Both the position numbers and the translations under genes were made by a program. The notes below the pieces were generated by a model, which worked only from the letters and a program-made list of their open reading frames with translations, made no database searches and was not told the origin of the DNA. This document shows positions 8,438 to 16,207 of a DNA stretch of 32,000 nucleotides, piece by piece. The stretch's first letter is position 1. Every line of letters starts with the position of its first letter. The DNA comes from Thermococcus kodakarensis KOD1 (GTDB lineage Archaea > Methanobacteriota_B > Thermococci > Thermococcales > Thermococcaceae): contig NC_006624.1 in NCBI RefSeq assembly GCF_000009965.1, positions 90,001 to 122,000 of the forward strand, in the 5' to 3' direction.

Positions 8438-9584
8438 GGCAAAGACGGTCATCATCGGCGGCGGCATAATAGGTCTCAGCATAGCCTACAACCTCGCCAA
8501 GCTCGGCGAGAGCGACATCGTGGTTCTCGAAAAAGGCTACCTCGGAAACGGCTCGACATTCCGCTGTGGAACCGGAATAAGGCAGCAGTTCGGCGATGAA
8601 GCAAACATTAGGATGATGAAGCGCTCCGTCGAGTTGTGGAAAGGGCTGAAAGAAGAGCTTGGATACGACGTCGAGTTTACCCAGAGCGGCTACCTCTTCC
8701 TGATCTACAGCGAAGAGGAGCTTGAGGCCTTTAATAACAACGTCCGGCTCCAGAACCGCTTTGGAGTTCCTTCGAGGATAATAACACCCGAGGAGGCTAA
8801 GGAAATAGTCCCCCCGCTCAACACCGACGGGGTCATAGCGGCCGCGTGGAACCACACGGACGGAAAGGCGAACCCGTTTAAGGCGGTATTTGCCTATGCA
8901 AACGCGGCCAAGAGGCTGGGCGTTGAGATATACGAGTACACCGAGGCGAAGGACATCAAGGTCGAAGACGGGAAGATAAAGGCCGTCGTGACCAACAGGG
9001 GGGAGATAAGGACGGGCAGGGTCATCAACGCGGCCAACGCCTGGGCGCCGCTCATAAACAAAATGGCAGGAGTGCCGATAAAAATCCCAATAGAACCATA
9101 TAAGCACCAGAGCGTGAAGACTGAACCCATAAAGCCCGGCCAGATAGAGCCGATGGTCATCTCCTTCAAGCACGGTGGCGTTTACATGACGCAGGAGGCC
9201 AATCAGGGCGGCGTCATAGGCGGCTACGGCCTCAAGTACGGGCCGACTTACGACATAACACCGACCTATGACTTCCTTCGCGGTGTAAGCTACCGCTTCG
9301 CCCAGATAATCCCTGCGCTCAAGTACGTGAACATCATAAGGGTGTGGGGTGGCTTTTATGCAGAAACCCCCGATCACAACGCGGCCATCGGGAGGATAAA
9401 CGAGATAGACGAGTTCTACATCGCGGCAGGTTTCAGCGGGCACGGCTTCATGCTTGCCCCGGTTGTTGGAGAGGCCCTGGCCGAGCTCATCGTGGACGGG
9501 AAGACCGACAAGCCGCTCGACTTCTACGACCCTTACCGCTTCGAGAGGGGTGAACTGAGGGGTCAGGCACTTCAGATGGGGTGA
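8427..9584 (+). CDS. L-proline dehydrogenase beta subunit (FAD-dependent), locus 2
   Basis: 385 aa from ATG 8427 (alternatives 8421 or 8418). IIGGGIIG and GSTFRCGTGIRQQF motifs. The C-terminal end YDPYRFERGELRGQALQMG is nearly identical to the locus-1 beta subunit. Confidence 0.9.
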   Translation: MKSEAKTVIIGGGIIGLSIAYNLAKLGESDIVVLEKGYLGNGSTFRCGTGIRQQFGDEANIRMMKRSVELWKGLKEELGYDVEFTQSGYLFLIYSEEELEAFNNNVRLQNRFGVPSRIITPEEAKEIVPPLNTDGVIAAAWNHTDGKANPFKAVFAYANAAKRLGVEIYEYTEAKDIKVEDGKIKAVVTNRGEIRTGRVINAANAWAPLINKMAGVPIKIPIEPYKHQSVKTEPIKPGQIEPMVISFKHGGVYMTQEANQGGVIGGYGLKYGPTYDITPTYDFLRGVSYRFAQIIPALKYVNIIRVWGGFYAETPDHNAAIGRINEIDEFYIAAGFSGHGFMLAPVVGEALAELIVDGKTDKPLDFYDPYRFERGELRGQALQMG

Positions 9585-9616
9585 TTTCAATTCTTTTCTT
9601 AACATTTCGACGGAAA

Positions 9617-9626
9617 TTTTTATAAA
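9617..9626 (+). promoter_or_regulatory. TATA box (TTTTTATAAA) for the MFS gene, spacing predicts a leaderless mRNA
   Basis: The box lies about 27-31 nt upstream of ATG 9649. No SD lies in between. Confidence 0.45.
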
Positions 9627-9648
9627 TCCTCTCAGCGTAGCCCGAGAC

Positions 9649-10893
9649 ATGCCTTTAAGGAAGAGAGAGCGAGTGATAACGCAGGGGAAGCGAGAGAGAA
9701 CCCTCAAGCTCAAAAAGCTCAGGGTTAAGCGGAGGAACATCGTTATCCTAGCCGTCTCCATGTTCATTGCCAACGTGGCCTTCGGAATGGCCTTCCCGTA
9801 TCTGAGCGTCTACATGCAGTACCTAGGTGCGACGATGTTCATGGTCGGCCTTCTGAGCGTGGCCTTCAATCTAACCTCTACCGTCTTTCAGTATCCCTTC
9901 GGCTGGCTCTCCGACGCCACCAGGAACAGAAAGGGCTTCATCGCGTTCGGTGCTGCTTCCATTGGACTGTTTTATATGATAATGGCATTTGCAACATCTC
10001 CTGTCCATGTCCTCCTGCTCCGGACGTTTCAGGGGGCGTTCGGCTCGGCCATGACTCCGGCCCATTCTGCCCTCATCTCTGAGCTTTCAACGAGGGCTGG
10101 ATCAATCTTCGGCCTGTTCAACTCCATAGAGAACGCCGGCTACATGGTGGGCAACTTCATAGGCTCCGCGGTGGTTGAATACTTCGGCATAAAGGTTCTC
10201 TTCATCATCGCTGGCTTTCTCCTCTTCCTTTCGGCCGGGATAGTTCTCCTCATCAGGGAGAGGCCCGCTGGAAGGAGGAGCCTCGTTGGCATGATTCTTG
10301 TGCAGGAGGGCAGGGAAAGCTGGAGGGCAACTGTAAAAAGCTCGGCCTTCAAGAAGCTCATGAGAGGCCACCTTGGGCTGTTCTACTTTACAGTCTTCCT
10401 AGTGATGGTCGCCAGCGGACAGTTCTACAGTGTCTCCTCGGTCTACTTCAAGGAGGCCTTCGGAGAGTGGAGTGTTGGCGTTCTTTTTGGAATAGAGAGC
10501 CTCGCTGCTGCCCTGACCGGATACTTCCTCGGCAGGCTGATAGACAGGTACGGGGCGAAGAGGTTCTACCTCGTATCAATTGCCGGCTACGCTATGGCAT
10601 TCGTCCTCTACGCAGTTGTTAGAAACGTTTGGCTGGCCTTCGGTGTGGCGTTCCTCTCGGGAATCAAGTGGATACTCACGATAAACTCGACTTCAACATA
10701 CGTGGCAAGGAAGGTCAGTGTTTCGGAGAGGGCACAGGGCATGGCTCTCCTAAACGGGATGATGAGCCTCGGATGGGTGGTTGGACCGCTTATAGGCGGC
10801 TACCTCTCGGAGATAAGCTTCCCGCTCAACTTCTTCAGCACGGTTGTGCCTCTCTCAATAGCGTTCGTCCTGGCTCTAAGACTTCCAGAATGA
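9649..10893 (+). CDS. Major facilitator superfamily transporter
   Basis: 414 aa with about 12 hydrophobic segments. MFS loop motifs GWLSDATRNRKG and GRLIDRYGAKR. Confidence 0.88.
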   Translation: MPLRKRERVITQGKRERTLKLKKLRVKRRNIVILAVSMFIANVAFGMAFPYLSVYMQYLGATMFMVGLLSVAFNLTSTVFQYPFGWLSDATRNRKGFIAFGAASIGLFYMIMAFATSPVHVLLLRTFQGAFGSAMTPAHSALISELSTRAGSIFGLFNSIENAGYMVGNFIGSAVVEYFGIKVLFIIAGFLLFLSAGIVLLIRERPAGRRSLVGMILVQEGRESWRATVKSSAFKKLMRGHLGLFYFTVFLVMVASGQFYSVSSVYFKEAFGEWSVGVLFGIESLAAALTGYFLGRLIDRYGAKRFYLVSIAGYAMAFVLYAVVRNVWLAFGVAFLSGIKWILTINSTSTYVARKVSVSERAQGMALLNGMMSLGWVVGPLIGGYLSEISFPLNFFSTVVPLSIAFVLALRLPE

Positions 10894-10915
10894 GATGTGG
10901 GCTAAAAAGAAAACG

Positions 10916-11164
10916 TCAGGCCCTCTCTATCTTCATCTTCTCCCCGCTCTCGAACTCAAGCTCGAGCTTTCCTTTCTGCATCCTCACCTTGACGCCGTCA
11001 ACGACGGTATCTATCTTTCCGTCTTTGGCCTCGACTCCTAGCATTTCTGCTACCTCTTCCACGCTCTTGAGCGAGCCGTTCATCGTTGTTTCAAGGGTCT
11101 CCTCACCCTCGATGGTCACCTTAAGCTTCCCCTTTCCTTCACGGATAAAACTCTCTTCCTTCAT
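10916..11164 (-). CDS. Small hypothetical protein (82 aa), beta-rich and acidic
   Basis: ATG 11164 is preceded by GAAGGTGAAAG. The ORF-track start at 11206 is upstream. No recognisable domain. Confidence 0.5.
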   Translation of the reverse strand: MKEESFIREGKGKLKVTIEGEETLETTMNGSLKSVEEVAEMLGVEAKDGKIDTVVDGVKVRMQKGKLELEFESGEKMKIERA

Positions 11165-11224
11165 GTCTTTCACCTTCTCTGGAGTTGGGGGATGTATGCA
11201 CGGCATAAACCACCACCAATAAAA

Positions 11225-11734
11225 CTACTTCTCTTCCCGCTTTATCTCCTTTTTGGTGTCCTTCACCATTCGAACCCATATCCCGTGCTGGCCGACTTTT
11301 TTGAAGCCGTACTTCTCGTAGAATTTCATCGCGCCATAGTTCTTCTCTCCGACCCATAGCTCTATCCTGCCCGTATCCTTCAGGTATTCGAGGCACTTAT
11401 CCATCAGCTTGTGGCCGATACCGTGGCCCTGATAGGCTTTATCAACGGCGAACTCGTGGATCGCTCCAACGGTCTTCCCCTCGTACTTGCTGTACCAGTC
11501 CTTGTCGCAGACGATAAAGCCGACTATCCTATCTCCAATCTTGGCGACGAAAAAGCCGTCCTTGGCCTTGCCCCAGCACCAGCGGAGGTAGCGCTTCGCG
11601 TAGCTCTCCCCCTCGCCACCGTACTCCCTCATGCCCTCGTAGGCGCTCATGTATATCTCAATGAGCCTCTCAAGAGTTTCCTGGTCGAGCTTCTGGAGCT
11701 TCTCTATCTTCACTTCTTCGTTCTTCGCTGTCAT
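11225..11734 (-). CDS. GNAT family N-acetyltransferase
   Basis: 169 aa. Acetyl-CoA-binding motif A (YQGHGIGHKLMDKCLEY) followed by ...WVGEKNYGAMKFYEKYGF. Confidence 0.88.
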   Translation of the reverse strand: MTAKNEEVKIEKLQKLDQETLERLIEIYMSAYEGMREYGGEGESYAKRYLRWCWGKAKDGFFVAKIGDRIVGFIVCDKDWYSKYEGKTVGAIHEFAVDKAYQGHGIGHKLMDKCLEYLKDTGRIELWVGEKNYGAMKFYEKYGFKKVGQHGIWVRMVKDTKKEIKREEK

Positions 11735-11805
11735 CAAAGTTGATTGAATCGTCGGGTTTAAAAAGCCTGTCCAGTACTCTCTATGTCAGAGAGAAGGTGG
11801 TTGAG

Positions 11806-12348
11806 ATGGGAAAGGCCAAGCCGAAGTACTGTGAAATATGCGGTGCCCCCATCAGGGGACCGGGCCACAGGATAAGGATAGAGAGGGCGGAGGTTCTTGT
11901 CTGCGATAAGTGCTACGAAAAGTACGGCGGTAAGAAGCCGGGAACCTTCAGCATAATGCCCACCGGAAGGCAGCCGAGGAGGACTGCAAAACCGGCATCC
12001 CGTCCAAAACCCCAGCCGAGACCATACCAGCCGAAGCCGCTCGTTACTGAGGAGATCGTTGAGGACTTTGCGGAGAGGGTTTACAGGGCAATCCAGCGCT
12101 CGGGTAAGAGCTACGAGGAGCTTTCACACGAGATCGGGCTTTCCGTGAACGACCTCAGGGCAATAGCACACGGCTACCGCGAGCCTACGATAAAAGAGGC
12201 AAGAAAGCTTGAGAGGTACTTCAAGATAAAGCTCATCGAAAGTGCCGGCGAAGAGTCCTTCGAGGAGAAAAAGACAATTCCAAGGGACTACGAACCAACG
12301 CTCGGCGACATAGCCAACATAAGGATCAAGAAGAGGAAGAAGAAGTGA
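11806..12348 (+). CDS. mbf1: Archaeal MBF1-type protein (N-terminal Zn-ribbon plus C-terminal XRE-type HTH)
   Basis: CEICG...CDKCYEKYG Zn ribbon, Pro/Arg-rich linker, and HTH SYEELSHEIGLSVNDLRAIAHG. ATG 11806 follows AAGGTGG. Confidence 0.85.
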   Translation: MGKAKPKYCEICGAPIRGPGHRIRIERAEVLVCDKCYEKYGGKKPGTFSIMPTGRQPRRTAKPASRPKPQPRPYQPKPLVTEEIVEDFAERVYRAIQRSGKSYEELSHEIGLSVNDLRAIAHGYREPTIKEARKLERYFKIKLIESAGEESFEEKKTIPRDYEPTLGDIANIRIKKRKKK

Positions 12349-12393
12349 AAGTTTAAATTTTTCTTCTTCAAAAAACTTTATTGGTGAGGGGCA

Positions 12394-12564
12394 ATGGGTG
12401 AGATAGTCATTGTGGTTCCGAAGGGTCTTGAGAAGATCATCCAGAGAAAAATATCCCTACTGTTGAGGAAGGAAGAGAAAAAGGGCCTAAAAAAAGACAT
12501 CCTTAAAAAGTATCTCGGCAAGTTCTCTGGTTCGATAAACGAGGAGGAGTGGTACTTTCAATGA
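12394..12564 (+). CDS. vapB: VapB-like antitoxin (56 aa), absent from the ORF track
   Basis: Hand translation gives MGEIVIVVPKGLEKIIQRKISLLLRKEEKKGLKKDILKKYLGKFSGSINEEEWYFQ. SD GGTGAGGGG and a TATA box (AAGTTTAAATTTTT) are upstream. The stop overlaps the PIN-gene ATG (ATGA at 12561-12564). Confidence 0.6.
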   Translation: MGEIVIVVPKGLEKIIQRKISLLLRKEEKKGLKKDILKKYLGKFSGSINEEEWYFQ

Positions 12565-12992
12565 TCGAAGTCTTCATTGATTCCTCCGTTCTTATTGAAG
12601 GACTAAAAGGGAATCCAGAGGCTGTCAAGATTCTGAATTACCTCGCTGATGGTGGTGCAGTTGCAATAATAAATGACATAGTGGTAAGCGAGTTTCTGTT
12701 TCATTACATCCGTCTGAAATCTGGAGTATCACCGCTTACAGTCAAAAGCTCTGGAAAGATATCAGAGTTTATAAAGGAGGATGAACCGCTCGACTTCATA
12801 ACTCAGTTTCATATTCTCCCAACGGATGAAGAAACTTTACTTCAGGCCTACAATTTCATGAGGAGGTACAATCTGCTTCCAAATGACGCTATAATCTTGG
12901 CGGCGTGCAAAGTTAACAACATTGAGCGGCTCGCTACTTTGGACGGAGATTTAATAAAAGTGGCTAGGGAAGAGGGGTTAGAACTCCTATAA
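12561..12992 (+). CDS. vapC: PIN-domain ribonuclease toxin VapC
   Basis: 143 aa. Acidic PIN residues are in the expected contexts (FIDSSV, VSEF, NDAIILAA, LDGDL). AT-richer than the flanking DNA. Confidence 0.85.
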   Translation: MIEVFIDSSVLIEGLKGNPEAVKILNYLADGGAVAIINDIVVSEFLFHYIRLKSGVSPLTVKSSGKISEFIKEDEPLDFITQFHILPTDEETLLQAYNFMRRYNLLPNDAIILAACKVNNIERLATLDGDLIKVAREEGLELL

Positions 12993-13403
12993 GTCCAAAT
13001 CTTCATATTCCCGCTTTTTCCTCTTCCTCTCGATCTCCTCGGCCTTCGTTCTCTTCGGAGGGTGGAAGCCCCTGAGCTTCTCGAAAGTTCCCCAGAGCCT
13101 CATCAGCTCCGTCCATGCCTCGCTGTCGGGAGGGACTACGAGGACGTGGGCTGGGGGATGAATGTCCATCAGCCTGCCTATGGCTTTCCTCGGAGGAAGG
13201 TCTATCTGGGCAATGACGTGGGCTTTAAACTTCCTCCTCGGCTTCTCGCCGCTAACCTTCTCAAAGACCCACTCTGAGAGGGCCGGCGGTATTATCCTGG
13301 GATCCCCCCTTATCTTCATCCCGCCGTAGCGGACGAGGTCAGCTAAAGCCACACTAGCCTTCTGGAAGTTGTCGGCCCTCACGAGCACTATCGTGTTTCT
13401 CAT
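12987..13403 (-). CDS. Conserved hypothetical protein (138 aa) with a basic C-terminal tail
   Basis: ATG 13403 is preceded by GGTGAG. Host-like codon usage. Its 3' end overlaps the vapC 3' end by 6 nt. No domain recognised. Confidence 0.6.
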   Translation of the reverse strand: MRNTIVLVRADNFQKASVALADLVRYGGMKIRGDPRIIPPALSEWVFEKVSGEKPRRKFKAHVIAQIDLPPRKAIGRLMDIHPPAHVLVVPPDSEAWTELMRLWGTFEKLRGFHPPKRTKAEEIERKRKKREYEDLDL

Positions 13404-13433
13404 GTTCTCACCGGGCCTAAGTTTCTGGCACAT

Positions 13434-13443
13434 CTTTATAAAG
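13434..13443. promoter_or_regulatory. Perfectly palindromic TATA element CTTTATAAAG between divergent genes
   Basis: 10-bp palindrome. It lies about 31 nt from ATG 13403 (-) and about 34 nt from GTG 13477 (+). Confidence 0.4.
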
Positions 13444-13476
13444 GATTGGTACGAAAATAACTGGAGGTGAAAGGTT

Positions 13477-14319
13477 GTGGACCCATTGAGCGGATTTTTA
13501 GGGTCTCTGCTGTGGTGGCTCTTCTTCCTCTACCTGCTGATGTGGCCCCAGCTCCAGTTCAGGGCCCTTCAGGCGGCCAGGGCAAGGCTCATGGCCCAGC
13601 TCGCGAGGAAGAGGAACTCCACTGTAATAGCAATGATCCACAGGCAGGAGAGCATAGGACTCTTTGGGATACCAGTCTACAAGTTCATAAGCATCGAGGA
13701 CAGCGAGGAAGTGCTCAGAGCAATCAGGAGCGCACCAAAGGACAAGCCGATAGACCTGATCATCCACACGCCTGGTGGACTAGTTCTAGCGGCAACCCAG
13801 ATAGCGAGGGCGCTCAAGGAGCACCCGGCTGAGACGCGCGTCATAGTCCCACACTACGCCATGAGCGGCGGCACACTCATAGCACTCGCCGCTGACAAGA
13901 TTATCATGGATCCAAACGCAGTCCTCGGCCCAGTTGACCCACAGCTTGGTCAGTACCCAGCTCCGAGCATACTAAGGGCTGTCGAGAAGAAAGGCCCGGA
14001 GAAGGTTGACGACCAGACCTTAATCCTGGCCGATGTTGCTGAAAAGGCCATAAAACAGGTTCAGGACTTCGTGTTTAGCCTTCTCAAGGACAAGTACGGC
14101 GAGGAAAAGGCCAGGGAGCTGGCCCAGATACTCACGGAGGGCAGATGGACGCACGACTACCCGATAACCGTTGACCACGCCAGGGAGCTTGGACTCAATG
14201 TCGAGACCGACGTTCCCGAGGAAGTCTACGCCCTCATGGAGCTCTACAAACAGCCTGTCAAGCAGAGGGGAACCGTCGAGTTCATGCCCTACCCCGTGAA
14301 GCAGGAGAGCAAGAAGTGA
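13477..14319 (+). CDS. Membrane-anchored ClpP-fold serine protease (SDH / serine dehydrogenase proteinase family)
   Basis: 280 aa. N-terminal TM segment (LLWWLFFLYLLMW). IDLIIHTPGGLV and YAMSGGTLIALAADK are typical of the ClpP/SppA-like SDH family. GTG start follows GGAGGTGA. Confidence 0.78.
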   Translation: MDPLSGFLGSLLWWLFFLYLLMWPQLQFRALQAARARLMAQLARKRNSTVIAMIHRQESIGLFGIPVYKFISIEDSEEVLRAIRSAPKDKPIDLIIHTPGGLVLAATQIARALKEHPAETRVIVPHYAMSGGTLIALAADKIIMDPNAVLGPVDPQLGQYPAPSILRAVEKKGPEKVDDQTLILADVAEKAIKQVQDFVFSLLKDKYGEEKARELAQILTEGRWTHDYPITVDHARELGLNVETDVPEEVYALMELYKQPVKQRGTVEFMPYPVKQESKK

Positions 14320-14320
14320 C

Positions 14321-14335
14321 CTTTCATTTTTTCTT
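14321..14335 (+). terminator. Oligo-T terminator after the protease gene
   Basis: CTTTCATTTTTTCTT follows directly after the stop. A new TATA box (AAACTTTTAAAAACC) follows it. Confidence 0.4.
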
Positions 14336-14398
14336 ACCAAAACTTTTAAAAACCTGTTGTTAATAAAAGCGTGCGGAAAAATTCTGGAGGGATGTGGA

Positions 14399-16102
14399 AT
14401 GTACCTGAAGAAGAGGCACATCGAGATACTCAGGGAAATGAAGAACACCGAGAGCCAGGCAGAAATAGAGGCGAAGCTCCCGGAGGACTTTCAGATAAGG
14501 GCGATAGAGCTCTACATACTCGGCTTTGCCGAGCTTGAGGGGGGCAAGATAAAGCTGACCGATGCAGGCAGGAAGCTTCTTGAGATAACCGATAAACTCA
14601 GCCTTGAGGAGCTCCCGGATGTAATTGCTGACACCGAGATAATCAAGATGATGGAGCTCCTCGAGGAGACGGGCAAAATCCCCGAGAGCTGGATGGAGAA
14701 GCTCAGGGAGAGAAAGCTCGCCGATGAGAACGGCCTTACCCCCTTCGGGAAGGCCCTTCTGGAGGTCTATCGCGAGACCCATCCAGTTGTTTACCTCACG
14801 CCCGAGATTGCCTCATTCCTCAGAGGAATGCCCAAGATTGGAACCCTCGATGAGCTTGTAACGTACAAGAACTCAAAGCTCTACGGCGACAACATAGTCA
14901 ACGCACTCCAGGCCATGAGGCTCCTCCTTATCTCGCCGCCGACCGAGAAGGGCAGGGCCTTCGCCACGACTCCAGCTGCCAAGCTGGCGCTTAAAGCCCT
15001 CAATATGATCCCAGTGTTTGCGAGGGCCATCGTGCTCAGGAAAGAGGACTTTGAGATGCTCAAGGCTGGCAAGAGGAACGCAGAACTTGAGAGCATGGGC
15101 CTCGCCGACGAGAAGGGCACCACCGAGTTCGGAAAGGCCATAATGGACACCTACGAGGCGATGGGCAGAGTCGAGGAGAAAGTCCTTCCGATGTACCTGC
15201 TTGAAGACGAGCTCTCAGTCCTCAAGGCCATTCAGGAGATCGAGAAGAAGTACGAGACCAACCCAGATATACTCCCGACCGAAAAGGAGATAGAGAGGCG
15301 CGTTGATGTCAAAGACCTTGGTGCGATCCTGCACCTCCTTGAGAGCAAGGAGCTTATCGAGAGGAGGCTCGTCAAGGAGAAGGACACCTACTGGCTAACC
15401 GAGTGGGGCAAAGAGGCGATCAACTTCGGAACGGTCAGTCCGGATGCCATGAAGGCAGTTACCTACGCCGAGAGCGGTGACGTGCCTATAGCCGAGTGGG
15501 TGCTCAAGGCCCAGGAGGAGAACGTTGTAAAGGCCGGCGTCACCGACAAGGGCAGGTTCTACCTCAGGCTCAGCAGGGAGATAAAGAGGAAGCCCTTCAT
15601 AACCCGCTATGATGCCGCAATACTTGCAAAGACCCCGAGGAAGAAGTACATCCACAGGGACGAGCTGGTGGCGCTCGTTCAGGACTACGTTGGCGGAGAC
15701 GAAAAGGAGATAATCAGGGCCATTGGCGAGGCAGAGGCCAAGGGCTTCGTGGTGGAGCTTCAGAACGGTATGGTCAAGCTCACCGAGCTTGGAGACAAGG
15801 TCAAGACAGCCATTGAGAACGCCAAGCTCCAGGAGATAGTCAAGGTCAAGTTCAGCGTCACGCCGACCCTTTACAACGTGCTCAAGGTAATATACGACAA
15901 CATCGAGACCTTCAACAGGATATGGAAGGAGAAGGGCGAGGCTAGGGACTACAAGATGGAAGAGGTTGACGCCATCAGGAAGCACCTCAGCCTCAGCGAC
16001 GACGAGATAAAGAAGGCCCTGACAATGCTCAGGGAACTCGGCTTCCTTGGAACCAAGAGCCTCACCGAGGCCGGAAAAGTTCTCGTTGAGGCCTACCTCT
16101 GA
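14399..16102 (+). CDS. Large repeat protein of about eight winged-helix-like modules (possibly the DUF505 family)
   Basis: 567 aa from ATG 14399 (SD GGAGGGAT). Recurrent 'helix - L(T/A)xxG(K/R)xxhE' units: KLTDAGRKLLEI, GLTPFGKALLEVY, GTTEFGKAIMDTY, WLTEWGKEAINF, GVTDKGRFYLRL, KLTELGDKVKTAIE, SLTEAGKVLVEAY. Confidence 0.8.
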   Translation: MYLKKRHIEILREMKNTESQAEIEAKLPEDFQIRAIELYILGFAELEGGKIKLTDAGRKLLEITDKLSLEELPDVIADTEIIKMMELLEETGKIPESWMEKLRERKLADENGLTPFGKALLEVYRETHPVVYLTPEIASFLRGMPKIGTLDELVTYKNSKLYGDNIVNALQAMRLLLISPPTEKGRAFATTPAAKLALKALNMIPVFARAIVLRKEDFEMLKAGKRNAELESMGLADEKGTTEFGKAIMDTYEAMGRVEEKVLPMYLLEDELSVLKAIQEIEKKYETNPDILPTEKEIERRVDVKDLGAILHLLESKELIERRLVKEKDTYWLTEWGKEAINFGTVSPDAMKAVTYAESGDVPIAEWVLKAQEENVVKAGVTDKGRFYLRLSREIKRKPFITRYDAAILAKTPRKKYIHRDELVALVQDYVGGDEKEIIRAIGEAEAKGFVVELQNGMVKLTELGDKVKTAIENAKLQEIVKVKFSVTPTLYNVLKVIYDNIETFNRIWKEKGEARDYKMEEVDAIRKHLSLSDDEIKKALTMLRELGFLGTKSLTEAGKVLVEAYL

Positions 16103-16173
16103 GGCCTTTTTCCTTACTTTCATTATTGCATTCTGACCTAAACCTTTAAAAAGCAACGACCCTCATTTATAAA

Positions 16174-16201
16174 GGGTTTTTAAACCCACCATTCGGAGGT
16201 G
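16174..16201 (+). promoter_or_regulatory. TATA/SD module upstream of tbp (GGGTTTTTAAACCCACCATTCGGAGGTG)
   Basis: TTTTTAAA box and GGAGGTG. Two more TATA-like boxes lie upstream (16143-16153 and 16165-16174). 24 of 28 aligned positions match 53-82. Confidence 0.45.
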
Positions 16202-16207
16202 TAAACC

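Noticed and set aside
10629-11222. 197-aa + strand ORF spanning the MFS 3' end and the small - strand gene.
   Set aside because: It is out of frame within the MFS gene and Ser-rich low complexity over the second half. No start signals.
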